64,000 nt of DNA from Mobula hypostoma (lineage: Eukaryota). Numbering within the stretch: the stretch's first letter is position 1; each line of letters begins with the position of its first letter. A program made the translations under genes and the position numbers. The notes under the pieces are model-generated. The model worked only from the letters and a program-made list of their open reading frames with translations. It did not search any database and was not told the DNA's origin. The stretch is taken from assembly GCF_963921235.1 (NCBI RefSeq), contig NC_086108.1, positions 101,372,001 to 101,436,000 of the forward strand, written 5' to 3'. Of the stretch, positions 51,712 to 63,569 are shown piece by piece.

Positions 51712-53665
51712 AACACTTGCCCGACGCAGGCCTATCATGGTCTGAGTCAACGTTCCCCTCCCCCCTGCATAAATCTTCAACTGGGCTGCTCATAGAGATT
51801 ATGGAAGATGAATGCATTATAATTATTTCACAAACAAAGTGACTTACTGCCCTCAGGGGATTTTTCTTGTCTCTTTGCGCCTCAGAGTTTTGAATCTTTT
51901 CTCCATTTAGAGAATAAGTTACGCTTTCATTTCTTTGGGCTCCCTTCCAAGAAGGTGGGTCCTGTACAGAAGGGACAGTTTGCACCAGAACTGGAGGGGG
52001 ACTAATATCCAAGCGGGAAGGCTTGTAAACGCTGCATGGTGGGGTTTAAACTAGAGTTGCAGGGGGATAGGAAGTAGATTGTGAGAACAGTTAGTGGAGA
52101 GGCTGTGGAGGCAGATATTGGTAAGACCTCAGACAAAGATAGAAGTTGAAAGGTTAAACATGGTGCAACTTATGTCCTGAACTACGTATATCTCAATGCA
52201 AGAAGTATCGTAGAAAAGTCAGATGATAGTGCTGAAGATGAGGTAGCTGGTTTAATAACAGAGGTAATGTGTAGTGAGGAGAGGCTGTTGACTGGGGAAA
52301 ATTGCAGTCAACAGGATAAGCTGTGACATATAAGGCTGACAAAATTGAAAAGGATGAATACAAGATTGCAGGTGTTATATTTGAATGCACACAGTATACA
52401 GAGTAGGGTAGATTAACTTGTAACACAGTTGCAGGTTGGCAGATAGGAGGTTTTAGTATCACTGAGTCATAGCTGAAAGATGATTATAGCTGGGAGCTTA
52501 ATGTCTATATGCAACTCCCTTCAAGTTTATTTTGCTCTTGTAGTTCCACAAATGTTCAATATCTTCCGACCCTATGTTGCCTCTTTTAATAATTTGATTT
52601 CATTTTTTACCAATGGAGCATCGCCATCCCCTCTGCCTTGCTGCTTGTCCTTTTGATACAATGAGTATCCTTGGACATCAAGCTCCCAGCTGTAATCTTC
52701 TTGCAGCCATGATGCAGTGGTGTCTACAACATCATATGTGCCAATCTGTAACTGCTACAAGTTCATTGACCTTATTCCATATATTGCAAATATTCAAATA
52801 TAACATCTTCAGGCCTATATTCACCCTTTCCAATTTTGTCTGCCTTTTATGTTACAACTCATCCCGTTGACAGCAGTTTAGGTCTATTACCAGCCGCTCT
52901 TTGCCAGGAGTCTCACTATGCATTGCCTGTTTGTAAGCCAACTACTTCATCTTCAGTGTTTCAGTTCCCCGCCCCCTGCCAAATTAGTTTAAACCCACCC
53001 GAAAAACTCTTGCTAAACTGCCTGCAACAATATTGGAATCCTTCGGGTTCAGTATATAACTAAAAAAGCTAATAAATTTGGAGGTTAAAGGATGGATATG
53101 GACAGGAAGCACAGAAGAAGAGGTATTACTTGCTAGTTTCAGACATCTATGGATTGTGATTGACTGGATCAAACTCGCCGGCCTATTGCTGTTTGGAAAC
53201 TTTCTCATCTATCCATCCAAGGAGGTTCAGAAATTCAGATTAATTTACCATATGTATATTGTAACCTTGTATAAATGAATTAATTATTGAACTTGACAAA
53301 TTATTATTCAAGATAGATATGAGCTTTCATTCTGTATCCATATAATGACTGCCTGGGACGTTTTGTTATCTATTCATATATCACAGTTTCAGTGGATGTG
53401 ATGGAATAGAGCAATTAATGAGAAAAAATTCTCTTTCTTGAATGTTGCCTTAAAATTGTTCCTGCTCAACATAACACACATTTGGCAGTCCACACAGCAA
53501 TGAAAACATCTAAAATTTGGAATTTGTTCTTGACCTGAAGGCATCATGATGGACTACCCATGAAATGAGAGTAGGAAGTTTCTATAGGCAGTTTTTAACT
53601 AAATTGTATTATTTGTGTTGCATTCTCTCCTCGGCTGAAAATCATTCACCTTTACTTACTTTTAG

Positions 53666-53833
53666 GTGCTGATATTGTCAGCAATGATGGGGTTTACTCT
53701 AAGTATTTCCTGAACATTAATGAACATGGAAGATACAACTTCAAGGTGCGGGTAGAGGGAAAGGAAGGGTCTACCATGACGAAAAACAGAACAGATGGGA
53801 GTGCCATGTACATACCAGGATACACAAAAAATG
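53666..53833 (+). CDS. CLCA: CLCA coding exon 12 (GADIVSNDGVYSKYF...GRYNFKVRV...GSAMYIPGYTKN), includes self-cleavage-site motif
   Basis: tacttttag| acceptor, G|gtaata donor; 168 nt, phase 1/1. Confidence 0.93.
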
Positions 53834-54550
53834 GTAATAAATATTTGGCATTTCATAATAAGACAATACAGGTTTTTATTGTCATTACAGTGCTTAAAGT
53901 CAGAGAATCATAGAGCAATACAGCATGGAAACAAGTCCTTTAGACCAACTTGTCCTCACTGCCCCAATTGTCCAACTGGGCTAGTGCTAATTGTCTTCAT
54001 TGGTTTACATCCATCTAAGCCTTTCCTGGTTTGTGATGTAATGACACGGTGAGCCATTGAATTGTATGCTTGCTTTGTGAATTGGTGCCCATTCCTCCAG
54101 CAATCTTGCCTGTGCTTGTCCCGTCACTCATCATCAGGAAGAACACAATCCCACATTTCCACTTGTCGTGTTTCATAGGATTGTATTCAAATAAATTATT
54201 GCCTGCCTACAACGTGCAAGCTGGTGTGGAATTCTGTTTGGTGTGTCCAGATTTAGAAAGAACTTCAAACGTGGAACATTACAACATAGTTCAGGTCCTT
54301 CAGGCTACCTACTCTAAGATCAATGTAACCCTTCCCTCCTACATAGCCCTCCATTTTTCTATCATCCGTATGCGTATCTAAGAGTTTCGTAAAGATCCCT
54401 AATACATCTGTCTCTACTACATACCAGCAGGCTCAAGACAACTTTAACCCTGATGTTATAAGATTATTTTATGATTACCTGATATGATAAGATGGACTCT
54501 TGTCCTCAAAATCTAACAAATTATTTTACACCTTATTATCCATCTACACT

Positions 54551-54765
54551 CAATATACTCTGCAGATGCTGGGGTCAAAGCTACATGCACAACATGCTGG
54601 AGGAACTCAGCAGGTCAGGCAGCATCCGTGGAAATGAACAGTCAATGTTTCAGGACGTGACCCTTCATCAGGTAGTCCTTGCGAAGGGTCTCAGCCCAAA
54701 ACGTTGACTGTTCGTTTCCACGGATGCTGCCCAACCTGCTGAGTTCCTCCAGTGTGTTGTGTGTG
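54551..54765. mobile_element. Palindromic PLE pLTR insertion with 12-bp TSD
   Basis: TSD TCCATCTACACT (54539-54550 / 54766-54777); imperfect inverted arms centred near 54672. Confidence 0.75.
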
Positions 54766-54954
54766 TCCATCTACACTGCACTTTCTCTGCAACTTTTACA
54801 CTTTATTCTGCATTGATATTATTTTATCTCATTCCACCTTAATGCATGATGTAATGAATTGATCTGTATGAACAAGGTTTTCACTGTACCTCGGCACATG
54901 TGATGAGAACAAACCAATTCCAATTTCAATTTGAGTTCCTTTCTTTCCACATAG

Positions 54955-55182
54955 GTTTTATCCACAGAAATCCACCAAGGCCTCCAGTTAGTAATGGAGA
55001 TTCTGCAGCTCAAATAGGAATCTTCAGCAGGGTGAAATCAGGAGGAGCGCTTTCAATTCCCCCCGGTACACCTACTGTCAACTTTCCACCGTGCAAAGTC
55101 ACAGACCTTCATGCAACCATAGATCAGGACGAAATTGAGCTGCAGTGGACAGCACCAGGAGCAGACCTGGATCAAGGAACAG
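54955..55182 (+). CDS. CLCA: CLCA coding exon 13 (GFIHRNPPRP...FSRVKSGG...FPPCKVTDL...WTAPGADLDQGT)
   Basis: ttccacatag| acceptor, G|gtaaat donor; 228 nt, phase 1/1. Confidence 0.93.
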
Positions 55183-55319
55183 GTAAATGTTCCTGTGTTT
55201 TCATAACTTACATGGAACTTTTCTTCCCAGTAATGAGGTGATTCGGTTGTTGGGAAATCTGCTGACTAGTTGAGGTTTGACGCATATAAAAGCATATTTC
55301 CCAAGATGAAAGAACAAGA

Positions 55320-58300
55320 ACAAATAGCAGGATAGCTAGAATGAATATGTGGCTTGGGCGGTAGTGCAGGAGGGAGGGTTTCAGATTCTTGGGGCATTGA
55401 AACCGCTTCTGGGGGAGGTGGGGACCAGTACCGTCCAGACGGTCTACATCTGGTCAGGGCCAGGATCAATTTCCTAGGGAGATTGTTTGCTAGTGCTGCT
55501 GGGGAGGCTTTAAACTAATATGGTGGGGGGATGGGAACCCACACAGAAAAGAAGAGGAAAGTGATGCAGAGACCAAAGCTAGAGTTAGTGAAGAAAAAAG
55601 TAAGAGTAGAGTGCATAAAAGTAAAAAGCAAAAATCACATAGGTCACTAGATTCTAAAAGGACAATGAGTATAAGGGCACTTTATCTAAATGCCCGTAGT
55701 ATTAGAAACAAGGTTAGTGAACTTGTGGCACAGATCAGTACCAAAGATTTAGTGGCCATTACAGAAACCTGATTGCAAGGTGGAGATAACTGGGAATTAA
55801 ATATCCAAGGTTATCAGGTAATACGGAAAGATAGGCAGGAAGGCAAAAGAGGTGGGGTGGTGCTCTTGATTAGGGATGAGATCAGAGTAATTGTGAGAGC
55901 CGATATAAGATCTACGGCGCAGAATGTTGAGTCCCTCTGGGTAGAGATTAAGAATAGTAAAGGGAAAAAAATCACTGGTAGGTGTTGTCTATAGGCCACC
56001 TAATAAAAATAATTGCAGTGGCAGAGGCGTTTAACCAAGAAATTACTGAGGCTTGTGAGAACGGAATGGCAGTTGTCATAGGGAATTTTAACTTCCACGT
56101 AGATTGGGTGAATCAGGTTGGTCAAGGAAGTCTTGAGGAGGACTTCATAGAATGCATCCATGATGGCTTTCTTGAGCAGCATGTTAGTGACCCTACAAGG
56201 GAAAATACTATCTTAGATCTAGTCCTGTGCAATGAGACATGTAAGATTAATGATCTTGTATTCAGGGATCCTCTTGGAAAGAGTGATCATAGTATGACTG
56301 AATTTTGTATTCAGATGGAGGATGAAATAGTTAGATCTAAAACTAGTATATTATGCTTGAACAAGGGAGACTACAACGGGATGAGGGAGGAGTTGACTAA
56401 TGTGGATTGGAAGCACAGGCTATTTGGTAGGACAGCTGAGGAACAGTGGAATACTTTCAAAGAGATTTTTCACAGTGCTCAACAAAAGTATATTCCAGTC
56501 AAAAGTAAGGACAGTAAGTGTGGGGAGAGTCAGCCTTGGATAACTAAGGAAATAAAAGATAGTATCAAATTAAAAGCTCGTGTACAAAGTTGCAAAGAGT
56601 AGTGGGAGACTGGAGGATTGGGAAAACCTTAAAAAGCAAAAGGGAACAACTAAACAAGAAATAAGGAAAGGGAAGATAGAGTATGAAAGTAAATTAGCAC
56701 AAAATATAAAAACAGATAGCAGAAGTTCTTATAAATATATAAAGCGAAAGAGGGTGGCTAAAGTCAACATAAGTTCCTCGGAAGACAATAAGGGGAAATT
56801 GATATTGGGTGATAAGGAAATGGCTGAGGCATTCAACGACTATTTTGTGTTGGTCTTCATGGTGGAGGACATGTCTAATATGCCAAAAAATGATGTTATA
56901 GATGAAATGGGAGGTGAGGACCTCGATAAAATCACTGTCACTAAAAAGATAGTGATGAGTAAACTAGAGAGCCTGAAGGTAGATAAGTCCCCTGGTCCTG
57001 ATGGGATGCATCCCAGGGTGCTGAGGGAATTGGCGGTGGTTATAGTAGACACATTGGTAATCATTTATCAAAACTCTCTAGACTCTGGGCAGGTCCCGGC
57101 AGACTGGAAAACAGCAAATGTCACGCCACTTTTTAAAAAAGGATGTACGCAAAAGACAGGCAACTATAGGCCAGTTAGCGTAACATCTGTAGTCGGGAAA
57201 AAGCTTGAAGATGTCATTAAGGAAGAAATAGTGAAACATTTAGAAAGGTGTGGTTCCATTAGACAGACACAGCATGGATTCAGAAAGGACAGGTCCTGTT
57301 TGACAAACTTACTGGAGCTCTTTGAAGACATAATGAGTGCAGTGGATAGAAGGGAACAGGTGGATGTCATATACTTGGATTTCCAGAAGGCATTCGATAA
57401 GGTGCCACACAAGAGAGATAAATAACATAAGGAAGCATGGAGTCGGATGAAGTGTATTGGCTTGGATAGTGGATTGGTTAACCAATAGAAGACAGAGAGT
57501 TGGTATAAATTGGTGTTCCTCTGGTTGGTAGCCTGTGGTGAATGGGGTGCTGTAGGGGTCAGTGCTGGGCCCGCAGATGTTTACCATGTACATTGATGAT
57601 TTGGAAGAAGGGACAGAGCGTAGCGAAACAAAATTTGCTGATGACACTAAACTAAGTGGAAAAGCAAATTGTACAGAGGATGTGGAGAGTCTACAGAGGG
57701 ATATAGATAGGTAAAGTGAGTGGGCCAAGGTCTGGCAGATGGAATGCAACGTTGGTAAATGCGAGATCATCCACTTTGGAAGGAATAATAGAAGAGCAGA
57801 TTATTATTTAAATGGTGAAAAATTGCAGCATGCTGTTGTGCAGAGGGACTTGGGAGTGCTTGTGCATGAATTGCAAAAAGTTGGCATGCAGGCACAACAG
57901 GTTATTAAGAAGGCAAACGGAATGTTGGCTTTCATTGCAAGAGGGATTGAATTCAAGAGCAGGGAGGTCATGCTGCAACTATACAGGCAGCACCTGGAGT
58001 ACTGTGTGCAGTTCTGGTCTCCATACTTGAGGAAGGATATACTGGCTTTGGAGGCAGTGCAGAGGAGGTTCACCAGGTTGATTCCAGGGATGAAGGGGTT
58101 AACTTATGAGGAGTGATCGAGTTGCCTGGGACAATACTGTCTGGAGTTCAGAAGAATGAGAGGGGATCTTAGAGGAACATACAAAATTTTGAAAGGGATA
58201 GATAAGATAGAAGTAGGAAAGTTGTTTCCACTGGTAGGTGAGACTAGAACTAGGGGACTTTGCCTTAAGATTTAGGGGAGAAGATTTAGGACGGAGTTGA

Positions 58301-58495
58301 GCAGAAATGGTTTTTCCCAGAGAGTGGTGAATCTGTGGAATTCTCTGCCCAGGGAAGCAGTTGAGGCTTCTTCACTAAATATATTTAAGAAACAGTTAGA
58401 TAGGTTTTTACATAGCAAGGGAATTAAGGGTTATGGGGAAAAGGCAGCTAGATGGAGCTGAGTTTATGGACAGATCAGCCATGATCTTATTGAAT
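55320..58495 (+). mobile_element. Long CR1 LINE (ORF1 end, APE and RT), frameshifted
   Basis: DGLHL, YLNARS, GNFNF, SDHS, KSPGPDGMHP, YLDFQKAFDKVPH, KFADDTK; tail replaced by a PLE pLTR at about 58497-58805. Confidence 0.9.
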
Positions 58496-59784
58496 CAACA
58501 CACACAAAATGCTGGTGGAACACAGCAGACCAGGCAGCATCTGTAGGAAGAAGTACAGTTGACGTTTTGAGCCGAGACCCTTCGTCAGGACTAACTGAAA
58601 GAAGAGGTAGTAAGAAATTTGAAAGTGGGAGGGGAGAGGGAGATCTGAAATGATAGGAGAAGACAGGAGGGGGAGGGATGAAGCTAACAGCTGGAAAGTT
58701 GATTAGGCTCGAAAACCAATCCTGAAGCCAACTGGAGTAAGTTGGTGGCGGAGACACATTCGAAGGTCGGCGTTTCGGGCTGAGACCCTTTGTCAGGACT
58801 AACTACTTTTAAAAAATATATATATTTAGAAATACAGCAGGGTAACAGACCCATCTGACCCAATGAGCCATTTACGCACATGTGACCATTGACCTCCCAA
58901 TCCATATTATCTTTGGAGCATCAGAACACCCAGAAGAAGCCCAAACAGTAGTGGGGAGAACATACAAACTGCTTACAGACAGCAGCGGAATTGAACCCAG
59001 TCACTGGAGCCACAATAGCTTAACACTGACCACTACTCTACCGTGCCAACCCTAAAGGAAATAAGTTGCTTATTTGATGATCACATTTCTATAATTGGGG
59101 TTTAAAGATTAATGGTAATCCTCCTATAACAGCTGACACTACATTTCACCTCCTTTACTCTCATCACTTTCAATGAACTATGTGTAAACTGAAAAAAAAT
59201 GTTTTATGTTACCAAATCATAATTATGAATTCCATTCCCTGTGGTGAAACATTATTTCAATGGTTATATTTAAGTACACTTCAATAACATTTTAGTTTAA
59301 AGGGTTTCACATATTCACAATAAGATGGATGTCAGATGGAGAAATACAGCTTCTAAATGCTTCCCAACACCTGCTGTTCATACACACAGCCTCAATGTGG
59401 CAATTTTAGTTTTAGTGGTCTCTCTGGCAGGTTTTGCCAGCAGCTCCTGACTCAATACCTTTTGGTTATTGAAATGTACTTTATGACTATATTGTGAGTT
59501 TTGAAGAACACAGTCAGTCAATGACCACAGGGGATAAGATACATGTCCTTCCCTTCCAGTTTCTGTCATACATCTTCACAGCTGTTAGATTTCATGAAGC
59601 CTTTGTTCACTCTAATCCCAGTGGGACACTACAGTTCCAGTCAATGTCTGGTACTGAAGATGACAAACTGACTCTTTGTCTCTGACCACCAGTGCACACT
59701 AACACACACACAGTGGCCCAGGGAGTTAAGGAGGGTACCGTTGGCCTCTCTTTCTGCTGGAATTGTTACAGGCAGGGAATCCTC

Positions 59785-60113
59785 CCTGTGTTGTGGTGCA
59801 GCAGGTAGCCCATCACTTTACAGTGCAAGTGATCACTGATCAAGGTTCAGTTCCCAGTCCTGCCTGTAAGGATTGTGTATGTATTCCCTGTGACCATGTG
59901 GGTTTCCTCTGGCTGCTCCTGTTTCCTCCCACATTCCGAAGACATATGGTTAGGGTTAGGGAGTTGTGGGCATGCGATGTTGGTGTCAGAAGCATGACAA
60001 CATTTACAGGCTACCCAGCACAATCCTCGCTGATTTTATTTGACACAAATGACATATTTGCTGTATGTTTTGGTATTTCATTATACATGTGACAAATAAA
60101 GCTAATCTAATCT
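59785..60113 (+). mobile_element. V-SINE-type SINE (another copy on the minus strand at about 58810-59050)
   Basis: A/B-box-like head, GTGGGTTTCCTCTGGCTGCTCCTGTTTCCTCCCACATTCC core, AATAAAG(CTAAT)n tail. Confidence 0.65.
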
Positions 60114-60158
60114 GAATATACCAAACTGGAATGGAAATAATTGAACAGATAAGATTTC

Positions 60159-60896
60159 AAAATTGAAATGCATTACAGAACTACATTTAGAATGATAACT
60201 GCACTTGAATGTAAAATATTTGAAGTTGCTTGTCAGGGCAATAAAACAAGAGGTATTACATTGAAGGAGGACAATCAGTCACTTGTTGCATTTGCGATGA
60301 TCAAGATCGACAATGGATGAAATGCTTTTACTAAGTCATGTTAGCCACTGTACACACTGGGCAACTTACAGTGTGGGGGTGATGAACTGGGCCCACAGAG
60401 ACAGAAACGTGCTCACCTGAAAGTCCACGTGATAAGAGAACGCTTTCCACACGCAGCAGGGCCAATCAATTTACCACGTAATCGATCAGCCGTATACGCA
60501 CTCACCACTTTTTCACATCAAAATTAAAATGCATTACATTGTTCTGATTTGTAATGACAATTCACTTCAATGCAAAATATCCTAAGTTGCTTCCCAGGAC
60601 AATGAAACAAGAATTTAAAAATTTGCAGAATGATATGGAAGTAGGCAGATCAGTCACGAGTGTTTACGTTTGCACAGAGAAACAATGACAACTGATTAAC
60701 TGTTCTTACTGAGTCATGCTGGCCACTGCACATACTGGGCAACTTCCAGTGTGGGAGCAGAGAACTTGGCCCGCCAAGATGGAAACATATGCACTTGAAA
60801 GCCCGCACAAAAAAAGAGAGCTTTCTGCGCACAGGAAGCCCAATTAATTTATCACACAATCGATCAGCTGCATAAGCACTCACTACATTTCACATC
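60159..60896. repeat. Diverged tandem duplication, period about 360-378 bp
   Basis: Colinear shared blocks: AAATGCATTACA, AAGTTGCTT, ACTGGGCAACTT-CAGTGTGGG, AATCGATCAGC, GCACTCAC, TTTCACATC. Confidence 0.8.
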
Positions 60897-60942
60897 TATC
60901 CGATACCGTTCAATATGTCAAAGCAATCACTCACAGTATTTC

Positions 60943-61203
60943 TATAGGAAGAGGTGCAGTCGACATTTCAGGCCGAGACCCTTCGTCAGGACTAACTGAA
61001 GGAAGAGTGAGTAAGGCAAGTTACAGGATGGGCAAGAGGTAACTTGCCTTACTCACTCTTCCTTCAGTTAGTCCTGACGAAGGGTCTCGGCCTGAAATGT
61101 CGACTGCACCTCTTCCTATAGATGCTGCTTGGCCTGCTGCGTTCACCAGCAACTTTGATGTGTGTTGCTTGAATTTCCAGCATCTGCAGAATTCCTGTTG
61201 TTT
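60943..61203. mobile_element. Young palindromic PLE pLTR insertion with 14-bp TSD and hammerhead motifs on both strands
   Basis: TSD ACTCACAGTATTTC (60929-60942 / 61204-61217); perfect 84-bp inverted repeat 60941-61024 / 61039-61122. Confidence 0.85.
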
Positions 61204-61230
61204 ACTCACAGTATTTCCTTTCTTTATCAG

Positions 61231-61652
61231 CGTCCTACTATGAGATGAGAATGAGTGAGAAACTGCTGCAGTTACGGGACAGTTTCTCAGGAGCTGAACA
61301 GGTTAATTTGACAAGTTTGAAACCGCAACCGTTTGGCTCCAAAGAAACATTTACAATTGCCGTTGGAAGTACAGAACTTAAAAACACAAGCACGCTTTAT
61401 TTCGCTCTATGTGCTTATGATGAAAAGCATCAGTCTTCTGAGATGTCCAATGTTGTCAGGGTCTTTATGCCTTTGTATGATAATCAGGGAGACAATAAGG
61501 AAGACAATAAAGTACTGCACAGTATTTGGATTGCAGTAGTAGTGGCAATCATTGTATGTTTGATTATTGGGATTACTGATTTTGTTGTGCAGAAGAAATG
61601 CAAGAAGAGGTTGCCAGAAGCAGCATCGGCATACGGACAATGCAACTGCTGA
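61231..61652 (+). CDS. CLCA: CLCA terminal coding exon 14 (FnIII-like end, transmembrane helix SIWIAVVVAIIVCLIIGI, short cytoplasmic tail, TGA)
   Basis: ttctttatcag| acceptor, phase 1; ASYYEMRMS...YFALCAYDEKHQSSEMSNV matches the CLCA C-terminus; stop at 61650-61652. Confidence 0.92.
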
Positions 61653-61912
61653 GTTCACTAATCTGAACATTTACTTTATTCTGAGTTATTATTGTAGCAG
61701 GTTAGTTTGAAGGTTTTCTGAGACATCTGTAGTCATTCCCAGACAACTGGAAGACCTTCCTTGGAAATTCAGTCCAAGTTAGTTGCTTAGCTTATTGGGG
61801 TTGATCGAAGGATTGCATGCTTTAGATTGGTGATGCTGTTTTTGAAGGATGTTGTGGAATTTTCCTGGGGCAGAATCTGTATCATGGAATTATCTTGATG
61901 TAGCTCTATACC

Positions 61913-61918
61913 AATAAA
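61913..61918 (+). terminator. Candidate polyadenylation signal of the CLCA mRNA
   Basis: First AATAAA about 260 nt after the stop codon, followed by T-rich sequence. Confidence 0.55.
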
Positions 61919-62962
61919 AATGATATTTTCTGTAATGGTTGCATTACTTTATTTTATGATACCATCTTTAAGGCGTTCATAATGAAGATTATATTTTGGA
62001 GTCTCCATAGTCTCCTTAATTTCCATAGAAACTTCAGGTATCCGGTCAAAATGGTGGCAGAGAACATTTTCTAGATGGCCAATCTCTTTGATTATTTCAC
62101 TTTCTCTACATCTTCTGCTTGTTCTTTTTGTCTTGATTGTGTTTCGGAAACTGTTGAAGCTTGTGCAGTTTGGAATTTGATCAAATGACCTAGTGCTCTG
62201 TAGTATCTGGAGAGCACTGAGAGCACGAGGTGCCTCGTGGCGAGACCAGCGATCAGGCGCGAGGCCATGATCGACTCCATTTTAAAGTGTCATGGAAGAC
62301 TGGAGCATTGAGTTGAATGTGGAGGAGATCAGCATTCACTCTCTACAGAGGCCACGAGGTTGATGGCATAGCCGGGTCGGCAGCGTTTGGATCTGCGAGA
62401 TGGTTGCTCTTCACGGAACCACTGTGTTTGTGCGGCTGTCTCCTCGATGCTGATTGGTGAATGATTTTAAAATTCGGAAATTTATGTGATCATTGGATTG
62501 CAGTTTATATTGGTCTCCTTCAGTTTTCTGTGTTTTCTTTCTTGTTGCTGATTGGTGGATATTACTTTTGTGTGAGGGCAGGGGTTGGCGATTTGGGATC
62601 TGATGTTCTTGTTAGTGTTTTTTTTTGTGCGAGCAATCTGTATGTGAGAGAGTGGTTGGGAGTTTGATGCTATCGTAACGGTTCATTTTTTGCAAGGGAG
62701 GGGTTGGGGGCTTGATGTTATTGTCTCTAACTTTTTAGAGAGGGAGGGGCTGTTGGTTAGGGGTTTGAAGTTCCAGCTGCCATTTTCAGTGTCTGAAATC
62801 TATTCATTTTTTTCGTGATGGAGGAGATAGCGGGGTTGTGCTTTGAAAGATTTGGTTCTTTATCGTTTACTTTTTCGTGCAGGGAGCTAATGTATTTTCT
62901 TTCAACAAAGCCCATGCTTTTTTTCCTTTATTTAACAGCTATCTGGAGAAGACAAACATCAG

Positions 62963-63249
62963 CACAAAAATTGCTGGTGAACGCAGCAGGCCAGGCAGCA
63001 TCTATAAGAAGAGGTACAGTCGACGTTTCGGGCTGAGACCCTTCGTCAGGACTAACTGAAAGAAGAGGTAGTAAGAGATTTGAAAGTGGGAGGGGGAGTA
63101 TTACCTCTTCTTTCAGTTAGTCCTGACAAAGTGTCTCGGCCCGAAACATCGACTGTACCTCTTCCTATAGATGCGGCCTGGCCTGTGTTCACCAGTACTT
63201 TTTATGTTTTGCTTGATCTTCCAGCATCTGCAGATTTCCTCGTGTTTGT
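62963..63249. mobile_element. Palindromic PLE pLTR insertion
   Basis: Inverted arms around a ~25-nt spacer; intact minus-strand hammerhead at 63017-63054; diverged TSD GAAGACAAACATCAG / GAAGATAAGTATCAG. Confidence 0.72.
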
Positions 63250-63569
63250 GAAGATAAGTATCAGAGTTGTATTGACATGCATACTTTGACAATAAGATGA
63301 ACCTTTGAACCTTTGAGATACCAGGGTCATACACATTGAATGTTCTATCTTTGTCACCAAAAACAACAATAATGTATAATTAAATGGAGCCATTTAATGT
63401 AAAAAGATACATCTATGACATTGAAGAAGAACAGTAAAGTTGGAAAGGGAGGCCTAGCAGAGGATGGCAAGGCCAGCTGACCACAAGACTGGTCAGGGAA
63501 AAATATTCATGGAACATAGAGCATGGAACTTAGAACAGGCAGCAAAATAAGACCTTTGGCTCAAGGTGT

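Larger units (their letters stand above)
13450..61652 (+). other. CLCA: CLCA-family gene (calcium-activated chloride channel regulator, CLCA1/2/4-like, membrane-anchored type); 14 coding exons, 922 aa
   Basis: 14 exons joined at GT-AG sites with matching phases give a 2769-nt open frame. Motifs seen: NGYKDIVIAI, PYTLQYGGCGEKG, FVHEWAHLQWGVF, LVLDVSGSM, LLTDGED, LLDNGLGAD, DGVYSKYF, AMYIPGY, FPPCKVTDL, WTAPGADLDQG. Paralogue identity cannot be resolved without a phylogeny. Confidence 0.96.

Noticed and set aside
13450..61652. CLCA as a pseudogene, since the ORF track shows only fragments and misses exons 4 and 9
   Set aside because: All 14 exons were found with GT-AG boundaries and compatible phases, and the joined frame is open for 922 aa.
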